From: a candidate division WOR-3 bacterium
Lineage (GTDB): Bacteria; Hydrothermota; Tepidihabitantia; Tepidihabitantales; Tepidihabitantaceae
Length of the DNA: 64,000 nt
NCBI GenBank assembly: GCA_024653355.1
Contig: JANLFQ010000003.1
Location: 6,931-70,930 of the forward strand
Direction: 5' to 3'
Positions 8,727 through 16,947 of this stretch are shown one piece after another (positions within the stretch are counted from its first letter, which is position 1; each line of letters begins with the position of its first letter). Made by a program: the position numbers and the translations under genes. The notes under the pieces were generated by a model that was not told the origin of the DNA, made no database searches, and worked only from the letters and a program-made list of their open reading frames with translations.

Positions 8727-9389
8727 TTAGTTTAATAAAAGCAGTTTCTGTTTTTCTTCCTGTCCGTTGACCTGGACACGAATGATATAGGCACCACGGG
8801 GTAGTGCTCTCAGGTCTAAACTCAACCCATCTTGCCGGGTCAGCCCTGACTTATGAACAACCATTTTGCCGGTAATGTCGTAGAGATTCAGGTTGACATT
8901 AATTCCTGCAGGGAAACCGTTAACCCGAACCTTGCCTGAGGTTGTGGGGTTAGGAGTAATTGAGAACAGACTATTTCTATACGGGGAGCCACTTTCATAA
9001 AGTCCGCTGATGGAGTCGTCTTCAAACCGCACCTTGGGGGTTTGAAAACCGAGGTAACCGGGCAGGTCGTACCAGGTGTCGGGAAGGAGCGGGTAGATTT
9101 CTAAACGGGACGGAATTCCCTGAACCCGGTAGAACATTTCGAGCCGGCTGGGCCATTCACTTTTCGGGGCAAACTGGATTGTGTCAACGGTTCCCGGGTC
9201 TCCTCCCCAGTTCGGGGTCTGTTCAACAATCGGACCGGGCGCACTGGTTAAATACCAGATGATACTGTCACCATACACGGTAAGATTCCCGGTTTCGAGA
9301 ATTCCGGCGACAGGTATGCCTGACAAATAGGGCACAAACAGAAAACAGAGACTGATGACTGCAACCATTCCCTTCATTTTTACCTCCAT
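8727..9389 (-). CDS. small secreted protein with T9SS CTD (paralog of 15647-16192)
   Basis: Signal peptide, then CTD tail ITPNP...LNLYDITGKMV...GAYIIRVQVNGQEEKQKLLLLN. Confidence 0.7.
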   Translation of the reverse strand: MEVKMKGMVAVISLCFLFVPYLSGIPVAGILETGNLTVYGDSIIWYLTSAPGPIVEQTPNWGGDPGTVDTIQFAPKSEWPSRLEMFYRVQGIPSRLEIYPLLPDTWYDLPGYLGFQTPKVRFEDDSISGLYESGSPYRNSLFSITPNPTTSGKVRVNGFPAGINVNLNLYDITGKMVVHKSGLTRQDGLSLDLRALPRGAYIIRVQVNGQEEKQKLLLLN

Positions 9390-9442
9390 TCCTTATTAAT
9401 TAATTATACCGGATAAAGAGCGGTCGGTCAACCGATTTTATT

Positions 9443-9931
9443 TTACAGTTCATTGTAGGTGTGGGCGATAACAATGACCGTTTTGTTCTCCTGAGGAGAG
9501 ACGGTGATGTCAACAACCTCTTTGTCCACACCGTCAACATAGCCGATAAAACTGCGCCGGGTAAAACGTTCGTGTTGGACATCTTCTGCCTGTTTCCAGT
9601 CGGAGAGGAGATTGGTGAAGTAACGCCATACCTTATCTGCGGGGTCCGATGTTTCGAAGTTGTAAGAGCAACCCCAGCGGGCTCTTTCGTATTTGCCGTA
9701 GCGGGCGAGCGGTTTAGCACCGGGGTAGTACAGTTTTTTGGGCAAACCGGTCAAGTCGACACCACCGACAGTGCCAATGAACACTTCACCGAGAAGGCTG
9801 TTGAATTGCGGTTTTGCGCCGGCGGCTTTTTCTTTGCCTGCTGGTTTGATTTCGGGTTTGGCGGCTTTGGGACAGCCGAACAGCCCAATGACAGCAAGAG
9901 TAATGATAAAGATTAGGCAGATGCGTCGCAT
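9443..9931 (-). CDS. hypothetical lipoprotein
   Basis: Lipobox LFGC after a hydrophobic N-terminus (MRRICLIFIITLAVIGLFGC); SD AAGGAG upstream; no recognisable domain. Confidence 0.6.
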   Translation of the reverse strand: MRRICLIFIITLAVIGLFGCPKAAKPEIKPAGKEKAAGAKPQFNSLLGEVFIGTVGGVDLTGLPKKLYYPGAKPLARYGKYERARWGCSYNFETSDPADKVWRYFTNLLSDWKQAEDVQHERFTRRSFIGYVDGVDKEVVDITVSPQENKTVIVIAHTYNEL

Positions 9932-9952
9932 TGCGTCTCCTTTTTTATATCT

Positions 9953-9980
9953 AATATACCGAATTTCCTGATGTTGTCAA
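9953..9980 (-). promoter_or_regulatory. sigma70-type promoter of the lipoprotein gene
   Basis: On the minus strand: TTGACA (9980-9975), 16-nt spacer, TATATT (9958-9953). Confidence 0.55.
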
Positions 9981-10005
9981 CACTCCGGGGTCAATTGGGA
10001 ACTAT

Positions 10006-10033
10006 TTGACAAAATGGTATTGGTGATTAAAAT
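10006..10033 (+). promoter_or_regulatory. sigma70-type promoter of the SBBP-repeat gene
   Basis: TTGACA (10006-10011), 16-nt spacer, TAAAAT (10028-10033), back to back with the divergent promoter. Confidence 0.55.
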
Positions 10034-10062
10034 TAAGAATACGAACTTTAAAAGGAGGAGCA

Positions 10063-11673
10063 ATGAGTAAGAAGGTTATCATCCCGGTTTTCGGGATAGT
10101 GCTGGTGATTTGCGGAACAGTTTTTGCAGTTGATGGTACACTCTGGGTTCGCCGCTACGATGGACCCGGACACGGTGATGACCAGGTTTGTGCGGTTTTA
10201 ACCGATGCAGAGCGCAATGTGATTGTTGTGGGCACGGCATTAAGCACAACTACCGCTTACGACATTATTGTGTTTAAGTACTCTCCTGATGGGGACAGTG
10301 TCTGGGCAAAAAGGATTGCTGGGTCCGGGGCATCAAATGAGATAGCGGTTGCGGCCGCGATTGATGCGACGGGTGCAGTTTATCTCACCGGCACAACCGG
10401 AACTTATCCAGACTATAACATTTTGACGATTAAACTCAATCCTGATGGCAGTGAGGTTTGGCGTGACATTTATCAGGGACCAGCGGGGAAGGACGACAGT
10501 CCAACCGCGCTGGCGATTGATGGAGCGGGCAATGTTTATGTGACCGGGTATGAGAAGAATGCGGACAATGTTGAGGACTATATTACCATTAAGTACAATG
10601 CCACCGGTGGAAGGGAATGGCACCAGAGTTACGATGGCGGGGGTGTGGATGTGAGCCGGGCGATTGCGGTTGGTACCGACGGTGCGGTTTATGTGACCGG
10701 TTCCAGTGTTCAGGGGGGGAACAACGACAACATCCTCACGGTGAAGTACACGGCGAACGGTGCTCAGGAGTGGGACAAATTTTATGGCAGTGACAGCACA
10801 CCGGAAAACGGACTGGGTATTGCGGTTGATGGGTCTGGTGTTTATGTTGTGGGCAAGGGAGCAACCCGACCTTTGCCTGCGCCCTATAAAATGATTGTGG
10901 TGAAGTACTCTACTGCGGGAAACCAGTTGTGGGCAAAGAGTTATACCGGTTCCAATCGCGGTGTAGAGCCGACCGGCCTGGCGCTTGGTAGTTCTGCTTT
11001 GTATGTAACAGGGACTGTTACCCAGTCTGCGAATACCGACATCTACACAGTTGCCTATAACAACGGAACCGGTGATACCCTATGGCTCCGGCTGTTCAAT
11101 GCGCCTGCGAACAAGAACGATGTTGGGGGCGGAATTTTGCTTGACGGTCAGGGTCGGGTTCATATCATCGGGTCAGCCCAGAACGCGGCAAACAACTCGG
11201 ACTACTGCCGGTTGCGCTACTCGCCGACCGGTGTGCTTCAGGGTAGCGGGCTTTACAACAGTTCTTACAACAACGATGACAAAGGTGTTGCCATTGCGAT
11301 TGATGCCCAGCAGGATGTTGTGGTAACCGGTGTGTCATTCGGTGGTTCGCCGGTTATGACCTATGACATTGTGACTGTAAAGTACGACTCAGCGGTTCCA
11401 GGCATCGCTGAGGCGCGGCAGTTAACCGCCCGTACTCAACCGGAACTGCGGCTCAAGCCCAATCCGGCACAAAGTTCGGTGGTGATGCAACTTAACGGGA
11501 CAGCAGGGGTGTTCAAAGTCTGGGCGGTGAACGGTGCGTTGTGCCGTGAGGGTTTGATTCGTGCCGGTTTGAAAGAGTACAGGTTGAGCCTTAATGGTCT
11601 GGTTCCGGGTGTTTATCTGGTTGAGGTTAAAGATGGGGCTATAAGCCGGCGGGCAAAGTTGATTGTTGAGTAG
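10063..11673 (+). CDS. SBBP (beta-propeller) repeat protein with T9SS CTD
   Basis: Repeats of the type D.G..IA.D..G.VYVTG........DI.T.KY...G...W (WVRRYDGPGHGDD..., GAVYLTGTT, GNVYVTGYE, GAVYVTGSS). CTD tail is LKPNPAQSS...GVYLVEVKDGAISRRAKLIVE. Confidence 0.75.
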   Translation: MSKKVIIPVFGIVLVICGTVFAVDGTLWVRRYDGPGHGDDQVCAVLTDAERNVIVVGTALSTTTAYDIIVFKYSPDGDSVWAKRIAGSGASNEIAVAAAIDATGAVYLTGTTGTYPDYNILTIKLNPDGSEVWRDIYQGPAGKDDSPTALAIDGAGNVYVTGYEKNADNVEDYITIKYNATGGREWHQSYDGGGVDVSRAIAVGTDGAVYVTGSSVQGGNNDNILTVKYTANGAQEWDKFYGSDSTPENGLGIAVDGSGVYVVGKGATRPLPAPYKMIVVKYSTAGNQLWAKSYTGSNRGVEPTGLALGSSALYVTGTVTQSANTDIYTVAYNNGTGDTLWLRLFNAPANKNDVGGGILLDGQGRVHIIGSAQNAANNSDYCRLRYSPTGVLQGSGLYNSSYNNDDKGVAIAIDAQQDVVVTGVSFGGSPVMTYDIVTVKYDSAVPGIAEARQLTARTQPELRLKPNPAQSSVVMQLNGTAGVFKVWAVNGALCREGLIRAGLKEYRLSLNGLVPGVYLVEVKDGAISRRAKLIVE

Positions 11674-11691
11674 GCTTATCCCGATATCTCA

Positions 11692-11717
11692 GGGGCGGGT
11701 TTTTACCCGCCCTTTTT
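11692..11717 (+). terminator. rho-independent terminator
   Basis: GGGCGGGT (11693-11700), loop TTTT, ACCCGCCC (11705-11712), then TTTTT. Confidence 0.7.
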
Positions 11718-11753
11718 GATTGTGGGCAGTTTCAGGTTGTACCAAATTTTTGC

Positions 11754-11782
11754 TTGACAAAAGGGTCAGGGATTGGTATAAT
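11754..11782 (+). promoter_or_regulatory. sigma70-type promoter of the 1220-aa gene
   Basis: TTGACA (11754-11759), 17-nt spacer, TATAAT (11777-11782). Confidence 0.6.
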
Positions 11783-11920
11783 TTACTCGCAGGGTTTGCC
11801 CCGTTGATAACAGCAGTCTGGGTTACGCTGCTTTAAGGGCAGGTTTGCTGTTGTCATCGGGTTTATAGTTTTGTAAACCCTCGCATAATGCAAAGGTAAA
11901 ACTCAAAAAGGAGGCATAAG

Positions 11921-14900
11921 ATGACCAAAAAGTATAAAGCAGCCTGGCTGCTGGTGATTCTCGCCACCGCGGCGTTTGCGGCGTCACCGGTAATGTCGGC
12001 TGCAAAGGTCCACTACCACTGGGCGCCCACCGCCTTGCACGCGGAGCCCTGCACAGGGACCGACTGTGATGAGGCGACAATCTGGCGTCCTGGCTCTGGA
12101 CCGCATCCCCAGATTATCGGTGAAGGCACAGACGGCACCTGGGTGTCGGTTCCGGCACCATCAAGCAACGCAGACCGGATGTGCTCGGCAAACCCCTACG
12201 ATGCGGTCAACAATATGGTGTATATGATTGGTGGTGACCCGGCAGGTTACTACGGTGTTGCCTACTGCCAGCGGTTCAATCCGGTTACCAACACCTGGAC
12301 CAACCTTGCTGATATGCCTGGTGCCCGCACCTGGCTTGATGGTGAAGGTTCGTACTGCCGGCACTTAGGTAAAATCTACATCGCGGGTGGGTACACCGGT
12401 TCTGCCAACAACCAGATGTACATCTACGACATCGCAACCAATCAATGGACAACCGGTGCAACGATGCCTTCTGCCACGCTTGCCTATATGTCTGGCATCT
12501 GGAACGACTCGTTAATCTACATTATGGGTGGCACCGGTCCATCGCTTTCCGGCTCCAATGTGGTTCAGGTTTACAATGTGAACCGAAACACCTGGGCGAC
12601 CGCAACCGCTATGCCTGAAGCGGGTGATATGGGTTCGGGCACAATCGTGGGCGATACCATCTACATTACGAACGCGTACAACCGGTCGAGCGGGGCGCTC
12701 TGGACGACGGCGCGTAAGGGTGCAATCAACCCGTCCAACCCGCTTTCCATCACCTGGTCAAACTGGACCGGTGTTGACCCACTGGGATTCAACGGTGGCA
12801 CAACCCAGTGTCAGGGCTGGGTTTACCGTCTGGGCGGTTATACTAGCCTAACTGGAAGTGCGCACAAGCGCGGCTGGCGTTACAACATCTCAACCGGCCA
12901 GGTTGAGACCCTGCCCTGGTTGCCAAGCCCACCGTCAACCGGTGTTGCCCGCTGCAACTTCCTGTCCCATGTAGACGTGAGCAACGAACTTTTCAAGATT
13001 GCGGGTGATGACGAAGGAGACTGGAGCACGCCGAACAACACCTATTACCGGAATCAGTTCACACCACCGCACGATGTCGGCGTTTCAAAGATTGTTGAGC
13101 CATCTTCCCCGAAACTGGAAATCGGTGTGCCGGTGACACCGACGATTATGGTGAAGAACTACGGGTTGAACAAGGAGTACAACTTCCCGGTTACCTTCCG
13201 GGTTGATTCTGCCGGGGAGTTGATTTACGAGGAGGCGTTGCTCGTTGACTCCATCGCACCGAATGAAGAGGTTACGATTGTGTTCCCCAGCGACTGGACA
13301 CCGAACTGTGCACTGTGGTCGGGCTACACGGTTTACGCCTTTACCTATCTCACCGGCGATGCGATTCGCAATAACGACACCTGCAAAATGTACACGATTC
13401 ACACCGTTGACACCGTGTACTCCTACCGTTCCAGCAGTGCGCCATCAATTGATGGCTACATTGCGTCCGGTGAGTGGGATGACGCGTACTATGTGAGCGC
13501 ACCTAATGTGTTCGGTTGGGAAGGCGACCCGTATCCGTGGAATGCGGCACGTGCCTGGTTTAAGCACGATGGCAACTACCTGTACGCCGCCTATGCGATG
13601 CCGCTCGCTAATATCCGGGACATCGGTGACCAGATTGGCTTCTATCTTGATGAGAACAACGATGGCCAGTGGGCAACCGACAACTCAGAAGGCAACTACT
13701 GGTTCTGGGTGAACGGCTCAGGAGTTGATGAGGTGCTGTATCGGCCCATCACACCGAGCGGAGTCGGGACCGCTGGTGTGGCACCCGGGGCGCAGTTGGT
13801 AACCGGCACATTCAACGGCTATCTGGTTTTTGAAACCAAGGTACCGTTTGGGGTGCTGCCTTATCAGTTGAATATGAACCCGTCTGGTGACACGGGCAAA
13901 CTCTGGTTCTTTGAACTGGACAATAACCGGTTCTTTGGCTGGTGGCCCGTTGATATGCCGGCTGACTCCTGGCAGGTGCCTTTGATGTACGGCACCTTGA
14001 TTCTCAAGACCCTGCAGACCGGTGATGTGGGTGTGAAGTCAATCGATGCCCCGCGCAATGCTCGTCCGGGCGATGCGGTTGTGCCCAAGGCGACCTGGAA
14101 GAACTTTGGCACAACATCAATGAACTTCACCGCCTACTACCTGATGAACGACCCGAGTGGGACAAGGGTTTACACCGAATCTCAGACCGCGACCCTTGCG
14201 GGTGGGGCTGAGGTGCAGTTGACCTTCCCGTCCTATGTGGTCAACACCGAGGGTGACTGGGCGGTTAAGTGCTCAACCGTTGCCGGCGGTGATGTCAATC
14301 CGGCAAACGACATCAAGACCGGCACATTCCGGGTGAGCACCGCGCCACCGGTAACTCCGGGCTGGGTTGAGGTGAAGTCAATTCCGGGCGCAACGAAGGA
14401 CGGCGCATTCCTCGCATTCAATCCGGACAACGGGTTGATTTATGCGGCGCGCGGCAACAAGTCGGGTGACTTCTACGCCTATGACCCGAATGCGGACAGT
14501 GCCGGTAACTGGACAACACTGACTTCAATTCCTGCAACCGAAGGCAAACTGCCGGCAAAGGGTGCGAACGGCTGCTATGGTGACGGCTATGTGTATGCGA
14601 CAATCGGTAACAACACCCAGGGCTTCCTGCGTTACTCGGTTGAAGGAAACGCCTGGGAGCCGCTGACGCCGGTACCGCTGGGTGCCAGTGGTAAGAAGGT
14701 CAAGGGCGGCACCGACCTGGTGTATGTTGACGGCTATGTGTACCTGCTGAAGGGTTACAAGACTGACTTCTTCCGGTACAATGTCGCAGCCGCTGCCTGG
14801 GAGTCGCTGCCTTCGGCGCCGGCTGGTGCTCGACCCAAGTGGGACAAGGGCTCCTGGCTGGTCTGGGACGGTGCAAACACGCTCTACGCTCACAAGGCGA

Positions 14901-15583
14901 AGTACGGTGAGATGTGGGCGTTTGACCTGACAACCCAGCAGTGGGGCACGAGTGCGCTTCCGGGAATGCCGACTTCCAGCTCCAAGACCGGCAAGAACAA
15001 GAAGTCTAAGGATGGTGCCGACGGCGCCTACTACAACGGCTACATCTATGCGCTCAAGGGTGGCAACACCTGCGAGTGGTGGCGTTGTGAAGTGGGTACG
15101 GGCACCTACACCTGGACCGAACTTGACCCGATGCCCGAGGTTGGTTCAACCGCCAAGAAGAAACGGGTTAAGGCGGGTGGTGCGCTTGCCGGCTACGGTG
15201 CCAACCCAATCTTCTTTGCCCTGAAGGGTGGCAAGACCCAGGAGTTCTGGCGCTACTTTGACACGACCGTGGTTGTGTTCGCCGCGCAGCCGGAGCGCTC
15301 GGGCGTGATGGCGGAGCAGGTGAATGCGAACCGGTTCGGGTTCAGCGTGGCGCCGAATCCGGTGGTTAAGGGTTATGGCTTGCTCTCCTACAGCGTGCCG
15401 CAGCAGGCAACGGCGCGGTTGACGGTGTACGATGTGACCGGTCGAGATGTGATGCATCTCTCCTTTGTTGCGTCGGGTACCGGTACGCGCAACCTTGACC
15501 TGCGGTCGCTGGCAGCGGGTGTGTATCTGGTGAAGTTTGAGAGCGCCGGATACAATGCGAGCCAGAAGCTCATCGTCCGGTAA
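11921..15583 (+). CDS. large secreted multidomain protein: Kelch-like propeller, CARDB/Ig-like and CBM9-like domains, six-blade 'KG..T.EFWRY' propeller, T9SS CTD
   Basis: Signal peptide. Kelch-like blades (MVYMIGG, KIYIAGGY...IYDIATNQWT, LIYIMGG). Six repeats such as YLLKGYKTDFFRY and FALKGGKTQEFWRY. CTD tail is VAPNP...LTVYDVTGRDV...GVYLVKFESAGYNASQKLIVR. Confidence 0.75.
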   Translation: MTKKYKAAWLLVILATAAFAASPVMSAAKVHYHWAPTALHAEPCTGTDCDEATIWRPGSGPHPQIIGEGTDGTWVSVPAPSSNADRMCSANPYDAVNNMVYMIGGDPAGYYGVAYCQRFNPVTNTWTNLADMPGARTWLDGEGSYCRHLGKIYIAGGYTGSANNQMYIYDIATNQWTTGATMPSATLAYMSGIWNDSLIYIMGGTGPSLSGSNVVQVYNVNRNTWATATAMPEAGDMGSGTIVGDTIYITNAYNRSSGALWTTARKGAINPSNPLSITWSNWTGVDPLGFNGGTTQCQGWVYRLGGYTSLTGSAHKRGWRYNISTGQVETLPWLPSPPSTGVARCNFLSHVDVSNELFKIAGDDEGDWSTPNNTYYRNQFTPPHDVGVSKIVEPSSPKLEIGVPVTPTIMVKNYGLNKEYNFPVTFRVDSAGELIYEEALLVDSIAPNEEVTIVFPSDWTPNCALWSGYTVYAFTYLTGDAIRNNDTCKMYTIHTVDTVYSYRSSSAPSIDGYIASGEWDDAYYVSAPNVFGWEGDPYPWNAARAWFKHDGNYLYAAYAMPLANIRDIGDQIGFYLDENNDGQWATDNSEGNYWFWVNGSGVDEVLYRPITPSGVGTAGVAPGAQLVTGTFNGYLVFETKVPFGVLPYQLNMNPSGDTGKLWFFELDNNRFFGWWPVDMPADSWQVPLMYGTLILKTLQTGDVGVKSIDAPRNARPGDAVVPKATWKNFGTTSMNFTAYYLMNDPSGTRVYTESQTATLAGGAEVQLTFPSYVVNTEGDWAVKCSTVAGGDVNPANDIKTGTFRVSTAPPVTPGWVEVKSIPGATKDGAFLAFNPDNGLIYAARGNKSGDFYAYDPNADSAGNWTTLTSIPATEGKLPAKGANGCYGDGYVYATIGNNTQGFLRYSVEGNAWEPLTPVPLGASGKKVKGGTDLVYVDGYVYLLKGYKTDFFRYNVAAAAWESLPSAPAGARPKWDKGSWLVWDGANTLYAHKAKYGEMWAFDLTTQQWGTSALPGMPTSSSKTGKNKKSKDGADGAYYNGYIYALKGGNTCEWWRCEVGTGTYTWTELDPMPEVGSTAKKKRVKAGGALAGYGANPIFFALKGGKTQEFWRYFDTTVVVFAAQPERSGVMAEQVNANRFGFSVAPNPVVKGYGLLSYSVPQQATARLTVYDVTGRDVMHLSFVASGTGTRNLDLRSLAAGVYLVKFESAGYNASQKLIVR

Positions 15584-15600
15584 GGCAACCGGTTAAAAGT

Positions 15601-15631
15601 GAAGGGGGGCTTTAAGCCCCCCTTCTTTTTT
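15601..15631. terminator. hairpin terminator between convergent genes
   Basis: GAAGGGGGGCT (15601-15611) pairs with AGCCCCCCTTC (15615-15625), followed by TTTTTT on the plus strand. On the minus strand the trailing sequence is only ACTTTT. Confidence 0.7.
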
Positions 15632-15646
15632 ATTTAAGTTGTTAAA

Positions 15647-16192
15647 TTAATGGATGACGAGGAAACGGCGCACGATGTTGGGCTGCTCTTTTGAGCGGAT
15701 GAAGTAAACTCCCGGTGCCAGGGTACGGGAGCGCACCACCATTCCGGAGGCGTTCAGGATTTCAATCCCGGTGTTGGCAAGCAGGTTGTTGAGCATTGCA
15801 GGAAAGGCGATTGCGCCCGGAATCTCTTCAATGCCGGTCTGACCCACGAACTTAATTTTGACCAGGTCAAAGGGCGGTGGGAACGAATACCAGGAGTCGG
15901 AAACAGGACGGTAAATGCTGTCCGTAATCGGCATCCCGGCAACATTTGCGGAGTATTTTATTATTGCGGGCCAGCCCGGAAACTCGGGGAACTGGAATTG
16001 ATTGGTTTCTCCCGGGTTTGCTGCCCAGCCCGGGGTTGGTATCCAGGTTCCGGTAGAGCCGTAGAAGAAATAGACCGAATCCACTTCCACCGGTTCAGTC
16101 TCGGTCGTCAGGTAGCCGGTAATCTGCCACTGGGCGGTGCTCAGCGTCACCAGTCCCAGAGCGATGAGGACGATAAAGAACTTATGCTTCAA
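15647..16192 (-). CDS. small secreted protein with T9SS CTD (paralog of 8727-9389)
   Basis: TTG start 6 nt after AGGAGG; signal peptide; shares TP.W...PG....QF and D.WY motifs with the 8727-9389 product; tail GVYFIRSKEQPNIVRRFLVIH. Confidence 0.65.
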   Translation of the reverse strand: MKHKFFIVLIALGLVTLSTAQWQITGYLTTETEPVEVDSVYFFYGSTGTWIPTPGWAANPGETNQFQFPEFPGWPAIIKYSANVAGMPITDSIYRPVSDSWYSFPPPFDLVKIKFVGQTGIEEIPGAIAFPAMLNNLLANTGIEILNASGMVVRSRTLAPGVYFIRSKEQPNIVRRFLVIH

Positions 16193-16216
16193 AATTACCT
16201 CCTTTTTTATGCATTT

Positions 16217-16245
16217 AGTTTAGTTACGCCCCTTTTTAATGTCAA
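16217..16245 (-). promoter_or_regulatory. sigma70-type promoter of 15647-16192
   Basis: On the minus strand: TTGACA (16245-16240), 17-nt spacer, TAAACT (16222-16217). Confidence 0.5.
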
Positions 16246-16365
16246 GGAAAAAAGTTTGGTTTGTTTACGCCCCTAAGACAAAGGAACAGGTTTGTCCGGT
16301 AAAATTTGTTGGTCAGTTGTGATGGAAAAAGTTAAAACAGTGATTAACTTTTTCGTTTTTCAAAC

Positions 16366-16387
16366 CTGTATACTTTAAAGTATACAG
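16366..16387. promoter_or_regulatory. 22-bp perfect palindrome, candidate operator
   Basis: CTGTATAC-TTTAAA-GTATACAG is fully self-complementary and lies in the 755-bp divergent intergenic region. Two related TGT.TAACACA motifs follow at 16406-16418 and 16431-16440. Confidence 0.5.
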
Positions 16388-16448
16388 CAATAAACGGGTG
16401 TTTTTATGTGTAACACATTGTAATTTGGATTGTTAACACAATGAGACC

Positions 16449-16500
16449 CAATTTTCCCTACCCAACCCCGGTACGGTCTCGGGGATGGTATGGGAAATTG
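16449..16500. repeat. long imperfect inverted repeat (about 20-bp stem)
   Basis: CAATTTTCCCTACCCAACCCCG (16449-16470) and CGGGGATGGTATGGGAAATTG (16480-16500) pair with a few bulges around a 9-nt loop. Confidence 0.45.
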
Positions 16501-16666
16501 AGTTTGAGGTGGTTTTCCGCGCAGGGGTTGATTTACCGGCGCCTATTGCGGTCGGTATTGACGCCGGCTGTGATGAAGGGGTAAGGACGGGCTGAAAAAC
16601 GGTGGCGAAGTTGAGGGGTAGACTGGTTGCTAATTGGAAGGGGTGATGTTATCCCGATATTCGGGC

Positions 16667-16695
16667 TTGACCGAACTTAAATTTACCGATAGAAT
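16667..16695 (+). promoter_or_regulatory. sigma70-type promoter of the 16948 operon
   Basis: TTGACC (16667-16672), 17-nt spacer, TAGAAT (16690-16695). Confidence 0.5.
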
Positions 16696-16947
16696 CTGTT
16701 AGGTGAACAGTAGGCAAAAGGTTGTTCGCAGGAGGTGGCGTAGATGAGGCGCTCCTTTTACCGGAGCGGTCTGCTCCACCTTCAGATGCAGAAAAACGCG
16801 GTTCGGTTAGTTTCGTTTAAGCAGTTAAAGACCGGCAGGCAGGAAAGATGAAACTCCGGTTCTGTACCGGCGGTCTGCCGGCGCGAGAAAATCAGCACAA
16901 ACTAAAAACCCAACTAAAAACCAACCAACCAAACAAAAGGAGGTAAG
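16696..16947 (+). promoter_or_regulatory. about 245-nt structured 5' leader (candidate cis-regulatory RNA, class unknown)
   Basis: Nested and alternative hairpins: GGAGGTGG 16731-38 with CCACCTTC 16776-83; CGCTCC 16750-55 with GGAGCG 16763-68, or GGAGC 16763-67 with GCTCC 16773-77; CCGGCAGGC 16832-40 with GTCTGCCGG 16873-81. A 43-nt G-free CA-rich tract (16896-16938) precedes the SD. Confidence 0.4.
16744..16851 (+). CDS. possible 35-codon upstream ORF / leader peptide
   Basis: GGAGG (16731-16735) lies 8 nt before ATG 16744. It encodes MRRSFYRSGLLHLQMQKNAVRLVSFKQLKTGRQER. Its SD is one arm of the leader hairpin. Confidence 0.25.
   Translation: MRRSFYRSGLLHLQMQKNAVRLVSFKQLKTGRQER

Noticed and set aside
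16366-16387. LexA/SOS box (half-sites CTGTATA...TATACAG as in E. coli).
   Set aside because: The spacing is CTGT-N14-ACAG instead of CTGT-N8-ACAG. The region upstream of recA (55271-55323) has no similar motif.
16441-16584. 47-codon ORF (MRPNFPYPTPVRSRGWYGKLSLRWF...) in the divergent intergenic region.
   Set aside because: No SD, low-complexity basic sequence, and it is largely made of the two arms of the 16449-16500 hairpin.
16830-16885. Cobalamin riboswitch in the operon leader. AGGAAAGAUGAAACUCCGG...CGGUCUGCCGG vaguely resembles GGGAA..GGUGAAAAUCC...GGUCCCGCC, and corrinoid genes lie downstream.
   Set aside because: The GGUG-AAA-UCC hairpin geometry is not reproduced, there is no GCCACUG B12 box, and the first downstream gene is a SAM methyltransferase. 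I kept it only as an unclassified structured leader; cmscan would decide.
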